This document shows, piece by piece, positions 49,435 to 59,960 of a stretch of DNA of 64,000 bases (position 1 is the stretch's first letter; every line of letters starts with the position of its first letter). The DNA is from Marsupella aquatica. Lineage: Eukaryota; Plantae; Marchantiophyta. The notes under the pieces were generated by a model. It was not told the DNA's origin, did not search any database, and was given only the letters and a program-made list of their open reading frames with translations. Location: NCBI GenBank assembly GCA_973895155.1, contig OZ316894.1:7154234-7218233 (forward strand). The letters are read 5' to 3'. Position numbers and translations under genes: made by a program.

Positions 49435-52400
49435 TAGCTCCCCACTTAATTGTGAAGCGTCCTCGCGAACAACTTCATCTTCGTCCATATAGTATTTCTT
49501 GAGGCGGTCATAATGGATGCGAACTGGATATACCTCTCCCGTAATGTTGGCCAATTGTACGGAGCCATTGGGGAACATCATGGTTACTCTAAAGGGTCCT
49601 AACCAGCGAGTGTAAAGCTTTCCTGGAAACCTACTATACCTACTGTCATAAAGTAGCACAAGATCACCGGTATGAATACTAACTACTTTTAACTTTTTAT
49701 CATACTGCTGCTTCATGATATTCTGTCTATATTCTACTCTCTCGGCTGAAATCATTCTCGCTTCCTCTAAAGCTTCTAACCTATATTCTCGCTCCTTTAG
49801 GCTCTCCTCCGCTGAGGCTCTTTCCTCAATTATAACTTGAAATGTCGGTATCTCAAGTTGCATGGGTACTAGGGCTTCTTGTCCAAAGGTTAAGAAGAAG
49901 GGTGTATGACCGGTAGTGGATTTATAGGCAAGATTGTAAGCAAAAATAGCAGCAAACCATTTATCATCCCAATCGAGTTTGTTCTGAGCTACTGTCTTGT
50001 TCAATATCTTTCCTATGATTCCGTTTGCTCGTTCTGTCAACCCGTTTGCCTTTGGATGGTAGGGAGTAGTAGGCCTATGTTTAACTAAATACTGCTCATT
50101 TAAACGACTAATTATATCATTCAAAAAATGGGTTCCTCTATCACTAACTAATTCTAGGGGTGCTCCATACCTGGTGAAGATCTGCTCATACATGAATCTA
50201 GCCGTAGTAATTGCATCATCCTTCGTTGTTGGTCTGGCCTCTACCCATTTAGTTGCATAATCCGTAGCCAGGATTATGTACTTGTTCCGTCGAGGGTGGG
50301 TCAGTGGTTTCAGAGGTCCAATGTAATCAATACCCCACTTCTCGAATGGTGCCAGAGGTAGAATAGGGTGCAGTGGATGCCTGGTGGACGCCCTTGGTCC
50401 TCCCGCTCGTTGACAAGGATCGCATTGTCTGATAAACTGATAGACATCTTTGTGCAAGGTGGGCCACCAGTAACCGGCATTTAATATCTTCTTAGACGTG
50501 GTTACTGGGGCAAAATGTCCTCCGGCCTCCTCTCCATGCATGGCCCGTAGGACTCGTTTTACCTCTCTCTTTTCCAAACATCTTTGAATCGTGCCGTTGA
50601 TTCCATGCTTGTGCAGTATGCCTTTAATGCACTGATACTGTCTGACCTTCTGCACAAAGACTGCGGCTTGCTCTCGGCTTAATCCTGGCTGTAATCTGGA
50701 AGTGCTGAGAAATTGTAAAATCTCAGGGTACCATGTACCAGCTATTTCCACAACGAATAGCTCCTCGTCGGGGAATCGATCATCGATGCAATCCGTGGCA
50801 GGTTTACCTGTGATCCTTGAAAAGAAGTCGGCATTGGCATGTAACTTTCCCGGCTTGATCCTTAGCTCATAGTCAAACTCCTGTAATAGCAAAATCCATC
50901 TTGCTACTCTGCCTGTAAGGTCCGGCTTATTGACTAGGTACTTCAAACTTTCATGATCAGTATGAAAGATTACCTTGTACCCTAGTAAATAATGCCTAAA
51001 CTTTTTACAAGAATAAATGACTCCTAATGCTTCTCTTTCCGTGGTAGAGTAGTTCCGTTCGGCATCGGCAAGCTGACGGCTTGCGAAGTATATGGGATGG
51101 TCCCTTCCTTTCTCATCCAACTGACTTAGTACTGAGCCAATACAGAAGCCCGAGACATCTACAAAAACATGAAAATCTTTGTTCCAGTCCGGTGCTATCA
51201 TGACTGGGGCCTCTACTAACATCTGCTTCAATTCTACCACCGCTGTGACTCGTTCGGGTGTGGGTTCGAAGTCTGCTCCTGCCTTGAGCATATTGGTTAA
51301 TGGTAAAGCCAGCTTGGCAAAATCCTTGATGAACCGGCGATAGTAACCAATGCATCCCAAGAAGGATCTTACATCCTTTATGTTCTTAGGTTGCATGATA
51401 TCTAGCCATACTGCTAGCTTACCTTTGTCAATCTCAATGCCCTTCCTTGATACCTTGTGGCCTAGTAGCACCCCCTCGGTTACTGCAAAAAAACATTTAT
51501 CTGGGTGTAACTTGAGACCCACCTCTCTACATCTCATGAAGGTTTTCCTGAGGTATTTAGCATGTTTCGATGCCTTCCCGAATACTGCAAAGTCATCAAT
51601 GAAGATTTCCATGAACTTTCTCAAGTAATCATGAAAAATGTTCACCATTAATCGTTGGAACATAGCTGGTGCGTTGCAGAGTCCAAACGGCATACGATTG
51701 AAGACATAGATCCCCCATTCCGTGATGAAGGCCGTCTTGATTTGGTCTTCCTGCCGAATCCTGATTTGGTTATAACCAGAGTATCCATCCATGAATGAAT
51801 ATAGTTCATGACTGGCTACCATGTCTAGTACCATATCAGTAAACGGTAAAGGAAAATGGTCTTTTAATGTTGCTTCATTCAGCTTCCTGTAATCCTGACA
51901 AACCCGGATCTTGGGTTTACCATCGGGTCCAGCTTTCTTGGGAACTATCACAATTGGAGACACCCAGTCTGAATGCAGGACTGGAGTGATGAATCCAGCT
52001 TCCACTAGTTTGTCGATTTCTGTTTTGACCAGCAGGGAATACTTCGGGTTCATCCTTCGAATTGGTTGTCGAAATGATTTGGCTCCTAACATGAGATCAA
52101 TTCGATGTTCCCCTAGTGTTGGATCTACTCCCTTTTGATCTTGGTGACTCCATGCAAACACATCCTGAAATTCAATCAATAAATCACTGATCTCTTTCTC
52201 GAGCTCAGGTGCTAGGTTTCTCCCTAAGTTCAGTTCTCTTCCCTCTCCTAAGTCGAGCTTCCGATATTGCCGTGCTTGGATCATATTAATCTGCTTCTTC
52301 AAATTCGGGTCCAGTTCGACTTCCAGTCTCTCTAATCTCATACCTCCATAAACTGGGATCTCGGCTGGACTAGCCGAGTCGGTCCCTTCCTTGGTGTCCA

Positions 52401-52689
52401 TAGATTGTCCCCTTACCGGTCTATTCGGTTTTGAATTAGTGGTCGGCTCTCCTTCCTGCCTTGGCTCTAGATCGTGTCTGTCCATCTCATCCACCTCTTG
52501 CTCCTGAGAGTTAGGCCGCTGTGCTCTCTCGGCTTCTAATAGGGCCTCAATTTGTTCTGCCCTCGTAATCGGCTTGTATGCCGATCCCTTGGTATTTAAT
52601 TCCTTGCCGATGATCGATGGCGTTGTGGACCCCGTCGGCTCTGCCACAACGCCTACAGAAAATCCACTGTCCCTGCTACTGCTCCCCAC
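49423..52689 (-). CDS. pol: Element B pol (RT-RNase H-integrase), intact frame, ending 12 nt inside the 3' LTR
   Basis: Same motifs as element A; no stops over 1088 codons; frame opens just upstream of a slippery site. Confidence 0.96.
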   Translation of the reverse strand: MGSSSRDSGFSVGVVAEPTGSTTPSIIGKELNTKGSAYKPITRAEQIEALLEAERAQRPNSQEQEVDEMDRHDLEPRQEGEPTTNSKPNRPVRGQSMDTKEGTDSASPAEIPVYGGMRLERLEVELDPNLKKQINMIQARQYRKLDLGEGRELNLGRNLAPELEKEISDLLIEFQDVFAWSHQDQKGVDPTLGEHRIDLMLGAKSFRQPIRRMNPKYSLLVKTEIDKLVEAGFITPVLHSDWVSPIVIVPKKAGPDGKPKIRVCQDYRKLNEATLKDHFPLPFTDMVLDMVASHELYSFMDGYSGYNQIRIRQEDQIKTAFITEWGIYVFNRMPFGLCNAPAMFQRLMVNIFHDYLRKFMEIFIDDFAVFGKASKHAKYLRKTFMRCREVGLKLHPDKCFFAVTEGVLLGHKVSRKGIEIDKGKLAVWLDIMQPKNIKDVRSFLGCIGYYRRFIKDFAKLALPLTNMLKAGADFEPTPERVTAVVELKQMLVEAPVMIAPDWNKDFHVFVDVSGFCIGSVLSQLDEKGRDHPIYFASRQLADAERNYSTTEREALGVIYSCKKFRHYLLGYKVIFHTDHESLKYLVNKPDLTGRVARWILLLQEFDYELRIKPGKLHANADFFSRITGKPATDCIDDRFPDEELFVVEIAGTWYPEILQFLSTSRLQPGLSREQAAVFVQKVRQYQCIKGILHKHGINGTIQRCLEKREVKRVLRAMHGEEAGGHFAPVTTSKKILNAGYWWPTLHKDVYQFIRQCDPCQRAGGPRASTRHPLHPILPLAPFEKWGIDYIGPLKPLTHPRRNKYIILATDYATKWVEARPTTKDDAITTARFMYEQIFTRYGAPLELVSDRGTHFLNDIISRLNEQYLVKHRPTTPYHPKANGLTERANGIIGKILNKTVAQNKLDWDDKWFAAIFAYNLAYKSTTGHTPFFLTFGQEALVPMQLEIPTFQVIIEERASAEESLKEREYRLEALEEARMISAERVEYRQNIMKQQYDKKLKVVSIHTGDLVLLYDSRYSRFPGKLYTRWLGPFRVTMMFPNGSVQLANITGEVYPVRIHYDRLKKYYMDEDEVVREDASQLSGELCDA
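52606..52665 (-). promoter_or_regulatory. Predicted programmed -1 ribosomal frameshift signal; the equivalent in A is at 38362-38421
   Basis: G GAU UUU in the PR frame, 5-nt spacer, 10-bp stem GGCGUUGUGG/CCACAACGCC, loop GCCGA pairing with downstream UCGGC; pol is -1 relative to gag-PR in both elements. Confidence 0.8.
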
Positions 52690-55590
52690 TTAGCCGTTTC
52701 ATCCAATTGGTCTACATCCTTTACTTCCTCCGGAATTGCAGCTAAAAAGGTGGATTCTATTGTAAAGCAGTCCTCGACCTCTTCGTCTTCTTCTTCCAAG
52801 TCACCTTCCATTGGTTCTTGCCATAATTCGCTGGGGGGTACCTCTGGTCCAAAGACACCTTCTTCGGTTAGGTTAGTGAGGCATTCTAACCAACGTACTT
52901 CATCGGCTGACTCCAGTCCACTGTCGTACCCATCTACTTCCCTTATGCTTTTCCTACGGTCATCCTTAGTGTCCCAGGATACCGTGATAGAGGGGGTCCC
53001 GAAAGTGAACTGCTTTTTACCCCAATCTTCTATTACCTCGGCTAGGTACAGCCATGGCCTACCAATCAATAGCTGGAATGACGTAGGATTTACCGGCTTC
53101 ATTACTACATAGTTAATGCTAAAGAAGATACCTCCTATCTCTGTCTTGATGCCGGTTAACACTCCCGTCGGAATGACCTGATATCCATTGGCCATGTTCA
53201 ACACTCTTCCAGTCATCTCCGGTGTTAGACCCCACCCTTTTGCTGTTGAATCAATCATAATACATACCCCTGATCCTCCATCGATGGGTACCCGTAGTAA
53301 TAATTCTCCTTGAATCATTAATGGTAATGCTGGGGCTCCTTGATCTTCTTCTATCATTAGTACGTTGGATCTGGTTGCTACCTTGGGTAATCTCGGCTTG
53401 CCGAGAATAGCCTTCCTTAATTGCTTCCGGAAGTACGGGCTATTTTTCAATAGTTGACCTACTGTTGCCGAGACTCTAGATTCTAGTACATCTTTAGCCA
53501 GGTCATAGGGAACAATCGGCTTCTCTTCTGGTGGTGTTTCCGTCTTGGATTCGGCCAGTTTTGCTATGCTAGTCTCCACAGCTGTTGGGTCTTCCGAAGC
53601 AAACAATGCTTTTGCTCGTTTTACATCCTTGGCAATGGCTTCGGTATTCTCCAGGGTTTCTAATTCTCTTAGTTGTTCCTTAACACTAGCCGTAACAGAG
53701 GGGTAGAACAACTTAGGATGATCTCGATTGAAGTCGCTATCTTGTGAAGGATTGGTTTCACTGGTGGGCTCATGGCTTACCTGTATTGCCGGAGCCCTCC
53801 CTTCTCCTTCTGTTGATGTTGACGAAGAGTCGATCCTTTCCTCCGTAACCTTCCCTTTATTTTTGGCCAGCCCATCCCACCTTTCCTTCCTTCTGGTAGA
53901 TCGAGTAGAGACCCGGTAGCAATCATGATCTAAATCCTCCTCTGAGAAGGTTGATAGGGCTTCGGCCTCATCATCAGATGGTACGAACTCTGCCTCGGCA
54001 TCCTCTTGCCATCCTAGTTCGATGTGGTTGATTTGAACTCCTCCGGGGGTAGTACCTGGCGGTAAGATCTTGATCGGCAAAAGCTTATGATTTGCGGCCA
54101 GGCCTGCCAACCAAGTAGGACATTGCCCTAGCATATGACCTTCCTGTCGGCATCCCATACATAGCTGAGCTGGTTGTCCATCACCCTGTTTGCGTGCATT
54201 CGGGCATTCTCTAGCAAAATGGCCAGGTTGACCACAATTATAGCACGCCGCAAATCTTTGCACATTCGGCCTAGGAGGTACTGACGGGTTCTGAATAATC
54301 CGAGGATACATCTCTCCTGGATTGTTCCTTAACCCTGACCACAGAGATGCAGGTCTGTTGGATAGGTCTCGTGCTCCAGTCTCACTGATGCCGAAAACAC
54401 TATCAGCGGCATCTCCCAAAAAGTACTCTACTTCTCCGTGACATGGTCTGATCTCGGCCACATGCCGAACATGATTAGTATTAAGCTTAGGACACGCATC
54501 TTTATGGTGTCCGGTTTTATAACATAAGGCACACCATACAGAGCTATCCTCCTGTACTACCTTCTTCTTTGGTTTTACCTCTGCAATGATAGCCTTAAGT
54601 TGCTCGGTAAGGGCTACGATGTTATCTGGTGGCTTAGCCTCCATCTTGACTTTCGTCTTCCCTCTCCTTCTGCCCTTCCTTTTCCTAGTTTTCTTCTTCT
54701 TCAGAACTAGAAGATGACTCACTCTTGCTACTTCCACTATCCGAGCTTGACTTATCACTTCTAGACTTCTTGGAATGTTTCTTCTTCTTATCTTTTTTCT
54801 TATGGGGTGATCCCTCCTCTGATGAGGAACTCTCAGACTTAAGCTGTTTCTTCCGGCTTGTGATATCTGCATTAATGTATAATTGAATATCCTTAATTGC
54901 TTCGGCTAAAGTCTCCGGGTTCTCCTTCCTAATTGCAAAACTCATCTTCTGTGGCAAAGCATTCACCAACCATTGAAGTTGCATACCTTCAGATGCATTG
55001 GTCTTTGTACGTCTTACCAGTTTCTGAAAGCGTTGCAAGAACTTCCTGAAGGATTTGTTCTCCTTGAACCGAAGTTGTCCCAACTTCAGCACTGCTAGTT
55101 CTGAAGTTCCAATGGGTCGAAACTCCTTAACAAAGAGTGTTTTGAAGATATCCTAGATGGCTTGATCTTCCACATCTAATGCTCTGTACCAAGGCCTAGC
55201 CTCACCCTTGAACAGGCCGGGAAGAATCTGCATCTTGATGGCCGATTCTCCATTTGCTGCAGCGGTTCCCTCGAAATCATCCAACCATTCGTCCGGATCC
55301 TCATCTCCTCTCCCATGAAATGCCTTGTAATGTATGCGCAACCGCTGGCTCAATCTGGTCCCTGGCCTCTCGTCTGGCCGTGCCTCTGGTTCCCCCATGT
55401 CGGTTGGAGACTCACTTCTCCTTACCGACTCTTCTTCTGGTATGTCTTCTTCGACGCCACTTCCAGTTTCGGAGCTACCAGCTCTTTCTGCCCCTCTCAG
55501 TCGCTGTGTATCATGCCACCCGGCGAGCTGCTGCAGTCGAGCTCTCTCCCATCGAATCACTCTTTCTTCCCTCGGCATAAGGTCAGTCAT
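52653..55590 (-). pseudogene. gag: Element B gag-protease (three CCHC knuckles); one TGG>TAG stop at 55153 and a 1-nt frameshift near 54690
   Basis: CALCYKTGHHKDAC, CYNCGQPGHFAREC, CMGCRQEGHMLGQC; IDGGS protease motif; lesions defined by comparison with A. Confidence 0.93.
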
Positions 55591-55637
55591 TACCTACGCT
55601 TCCGTTCTAACTTCATATCTCACGGCTTAAGAAATGC

Positions 55638-55655
55638 CCCCTCCATCTAGCGCCA
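55638..55655 (-). promoter_or_regulatory. Element B primer-binding site, probably tRNA-Asn
   Basis: TGGCGCTAGATGGAGGGG, identical to A. Confidence 0.8.
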
Positions 55656-55659
55656 AAAA

Positions 55660-58370
55660 TGTGGTGCGTCCCATGGCTCCCTAAACCCAAGAAACCCCCC
55701 AGCTCAAGCCGATTCCCGCAGGTTTCGTGCTTGGCGAGGCCGTTTCCGCGGCTTAGCGGCATGGGACGCTGCTAACCTTCTACTACTACTATTAATATTT
55801 TACACACATATACTGGATAGATCCTTCATCGGGTCATGAGATACGTAGCCGGCCTAATATAGGCCTTCCCCTGTCTTCCCCTCCGTCTTGTTAGGTATGT
55901 TTGGATTCCGCCGCCGGAATGATCCCCAATAGGCTTGGTTAAGCCGCTAAGACCTCTCTCAGCTCGACACATCCAACTCTCACTCCCCTGCTTACTTTCC
56001 TTCCTTCTGTTGATGTGGGCACTCTTCACACAAGTTAATGCGACACACAAATAGCAAAATGACTCATTCTGACTGAGTCATACCATGCACTTGCCATACA
56101 AACAGTACATCTCATACACAAGTTCTGCGAACTAAGCCGTGAGGCCAACTCTATTCAGCTCTTAGGCATGAGGAAACATGAATATACACAAGGGTCACTG
56201 TATGACTAACCGAGAGCTTCTCGTACTACTTGATCCCAGCCCGGCTGGTGCAAACTAAAAACTTGCTAAAGAAGAGGCCCTGAGCTCCCCGCTGCCCAGG
56301 TACTTATCCTGGTAGTGGATCCGCCATTCTTTGCATCGTAAGCCTAATCTACCTGACAGTAATCTACTTGCCCGAATCTACCTATGTACAGCAAGGCAGG
56401 AGCTCAAGTGTTGCCCCTACCAGTGGAACCGCAATCCCACTAAGCTAAGTGTCAGGGCCGCTCCTGGTCCTGATCCTAATCCTAAACTTGGAGATCCGTG
56501 CCCGCCCTACCCACTCACGCCTCCTCCCTCCACGTCCGCCCTCCCTAAAAGGAACGGCGCCCTTGCACCGTCACGACACCGGTGGTGGATCCTCAATGGA
56601 CGCCCCCAACACTTCCTCCTCAGCCACTGCCGTTGGCCCGCCTACTGACAGATTACCTGCCCTTGACCGAGTCAACTCTCCATCGGCCTGACTGGGTCCA
56701 CCTTCGGCTTCAGCCTTGACACCGGCCTCGGCAATACCCACGGCTTCGGCCTCAGCCACTCCCACGGCTTCGGCTTCAGCCACTCCCTCGGCTTCGGCCT
56801 CCCCTTCCCCTAGGGTAGTTGGATCCTTAGCCGTGACCCTGTCTGGGGTCGGTGCTGGGTCTACCGGCACAACAGCGGCATGTGATAGCCAAGCCGCGAC
56901 ACGCTCCCCATGCCGATTACCTGCTGCTCCTCCTTTAAGATCTTCTTCAATTGGTTGAGGAGGTACCCGTTGTAGTCCCGGCTTGGGTCTGGCCTTTCTG
57001 CCAGATAGACCTGTGCCTTGCCGATCTCTGCCCGCGGCAAGTTACAATGCATGGTCACCCGCAAGAAGTCGATCATCTCTCCTATGTGCGGGTTGGTGCA
57101 GGTGTTCCGGAAGAAGCCATTCTTCGTTGATGGCCCGGGGAACGACCGGAACTCCTTGTCAGGCAAGGTCTTCCTGGTATCAACTTTGGTCTTATTGCCT
57201 ATCGGCAGGCCAAACACTTCGGCAATTACCTTGGGAGTAAGATAGAAATCCCTCCCATATATCCTCGTGCAATTGGTCTCGGGTTCCCATGACCCCACGA
57301 ATTCTAATAGGTCTGACTCCGGTACCTCCGGCTTCAGCCATGGTAATCTTACAAAGGCCTCCAAGCCGGATCCGGCCATGAAGCCTTGGTACTTCTTGGT
57401 CTGCATGGCCGTAAAGCATGCATCCTCCTCCCGTGCAAAATGTAGTTGCACCTCCACCGGTAGGGTTGCCGCCCAGCCCTTCCAGGTGTCATCCCTGGTT
57501 GGAATGGCCTTGATGGGATCGACCTCCTCCTCTTCGGCTTCTCCCTGCCTCCTGCTCTGCTGCTCGGCTGGCCTCTTTGGTGCCGCCGACCTCGTTCTTT
57601 TTGCCGGGGTGGCTTCATCGTTGATGGCTCCCTTCCTCTTCATCTCTGCTGCCGTGGAGGTTTCTCCTAGCACCGTTGCCTGGGTCCACCTTTCCGTGCT
57701 ACCCTTTAATTCCCAGTGTATGTCGTTGCAGTTCTTGATGGCCTCTCGGATGCCGACGACGCTATCTTTGCAAAACAGAAGATCGTCGAGTTGATTGGAA
57801 GTAGGCGTCCACAGGAACTCGTCCTTGATGAGTTTGCCTCCTAAGAAAGCTGTATTCTGCAGCTCCCACAATCGAGCGAGCTCCTGCCGTTCTCGAGCTG
57901 CCCTTTCTGACTCCTCATCCTCGTAAGTCTTGATGTACTCAGTTGCCCGTTCGAACAGGCATCCCCAGAAATGTGCCGCTTGATTGACGTTGCTCATACC
58001 CTCCTTAGGTCGATCGTCGGTATCTACTCTCTCCCCGAGTGCTTGCCTAAGCAGCTGACAGTAGTTGGCCTCCCGTAGTCGTCTGCCTAGTTCGTGCTCG
58101 CAAATGAGCCACCATCTCCTGCAAGCGCTCCTTACCCCTCTCCTCTGCCGGTCCTTCTTCCCGTTGATCCTTCCTAGCCGCCGACGCTTAACGCGCCCTA
58201 ACCCTAATCGGGTTTTCACCCTTAGCCTTACCTCCGGCCTCGGCCCGGGTTCCATGGTTGCCCCTAATTGTTTATATTTTCCTTGTTTTGTCCCTATACT
58301 AAGGTGTTCCTAGGGTGCCTTCCTGCTTTACCCACTTAACCGGCCGAGTGATTCCTGTCTAGGCATCACA
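55660..58370 (-). repeat. Element B 5' LTR, 2711 bp, with a ~1939-bp internal deletion truncating the LTR ORF (56861-58255)
   Basis: Junction at ~56865 on TACC microhomology joins the equivalents of ~45990 and ~47930; one extra 24-bp unit near 56770. Confidence 0.95.
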
Positions 58371-59067
58371 GCAGGTGTTCCGGAAGAAGCCATTCTTCGT
58401 TGATGGCCCGGGGAACGACCGGAACTCCTTGTCAGGCAAGGTCTTCCTGGTATCAACTTTGGTCTTATTACCTATCGGCAAGCCAAACACTTCGGCAATC
58501 ACCTTGGGAGTAAGATAGAAATCCTTCCCATATATCCTCGTGCAATTGGTCTGAATCCGGTACCTCCGGCTTCAGCCATGGTAATCAGTCTTGAAATGTA
58601 CACTTTTATGTCCCCAAATGTACACTTTTTGATACCTAAATGTACACTTTATAGGCCAAATCTTATTAGTATTATATTAATATATTATATTATATTATAT
58701 TATATTATATTAATTATAATAGTATTATATTACTTATTAGTTCACAAAGAACCATGGGATAGAGATCATACTTGTAAAAACATTTCCGCACAAAGAAGCC
58801 CAGGCAAGGACCATTGATTGATAATGTGTGAAAATAATTATATACAATTGTGTCCAAACTTACAATGAATATCCAGGGCTGGCACCCATTTTACTATCTA
58901 ATGGGCTTAACATGAGTCAGATCTCTAAACAAAGTGCTTCTTACAATATTTATTTGAGCACGTGCCTTTGTCTCCTTTACTATCTACCCTAATGTCACGG
59001 TTGCAACTCCCTTTATCTTCAGGGAGATGAAATTTGGTGGTGTTGTTCCTAACTGCTATAATCTCCC

Positions 59068-59960
59068 TCAAAAAGTGTCTGGGATTTCTCTATACAGACC
59101 TGAATATTCCCGTCCTACAAATGATCTAGCAAGTGAGATGACAAGTGCATTGTCAAGTTCCACCTCAGGACGTAAGCTACATATACGGTGCTTCACAGCC
59201 CAAGGAATCTCATTGCTATTGAGGTCCAACACACTATGCCTATACTGTGACTTCCAAATTTTTGCTACACATCTCTTACTAAGTTGATCATAAGTAATCT
59301 CATTTTTTGCCTTGTCTCTCTTAATGTGCAATAGAGACCACTTTGGAGAGTTTAGGAGAAGATAACAATGAATGTCACTTGCATGTGACAGTTTCTCAAG
59401 ACATGGCCAAAGAATTGTTAGAAGAAAATTGTCTCCACGATTGGCATGCGTGTAGGGCACTGGAAATAGTCCGGTCATGTCTGGGTTGGCAAATGCCTTC
59501 AAGGGGGAGTCATCCACAAGGAGTGTGTTGGTTTCATCATATAAATTTCCAAATGCACTCCATACCACCCGAAAATCCTTCAATAGCACATTTGCCTTTC
59601 CATTTGTAATGTCACGCCTTTGAATGCCTGTGTCAAAGGCTTCCACCTGTGTGAATACAAACTTCAGTTTCAACCGCTCCTCAATTGTGAACATCATGTT
59701 CAACATTTTCACTGTTCGCGGCATCCCAGCACATGTCCAAATTGCAACGTCAAACCGGTCAAAACCAACTTTAGAAACTCATGGAGCCCTGGCCTCTCTG
59801 TATACATGCGACTAGTTCCATTTGATCTATCCCAATGCACTCCACTTGAGGTGACAATATTCCTGGATGTGCCCTTGCTTTGGAATTCAATAGAATCCCA
59901 AAGTATTTTATTAAGGTCCAAAATCAGCAACTTCCGCTTGACGGGACCAGGTCTCGATTC
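59068..59960 (-). pseudogene. FCP1/NIF-like HAD phosphatase domain, frameshifted near 59760
   Basis: 'KRKLLILDLNKIL', 'ERPGLHEFL', 'VAIWTC', 'LLKDFRVVW', 'YDETNTLLVDDSPLKAFANP'. Confidence 0.85.

Larger units (their letters stand above)
44809..58370 (-). mobile_element. Ty3/Gypsy LTR retrotransposon B, full length, young, nested in element A
   Basis: 5-bp TSD GCAGG at 44804-44808 and 58371-58375; TGTG...CACA ends; LTRs 44809-49434 and 55660-58370; PBS and PPT in place. Confidence 0.97.
30568..58586 (-). mobile_element. Ty3/Gypsy LTR retrotransposon A (non-chromovirus, Athila/Phygy-like), degenerate; 5' LTR split by element B and truncated at 58586
   Basis: 3' LTR 30568-35190; internal region 35191-41416; 5' LTR 41417-44808 plus 58376-58586; domain order gag-PR-RT-RH-INT; no chromodomain or extra RNase H seen. 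Confidence 0.95.

Noticed and set aside
31225-58313. Many plus-strand ORFs over the retroelements
   Set aside because: Antisense shadows of minus-strand coding frames; they recur only because the LTRs are repeated
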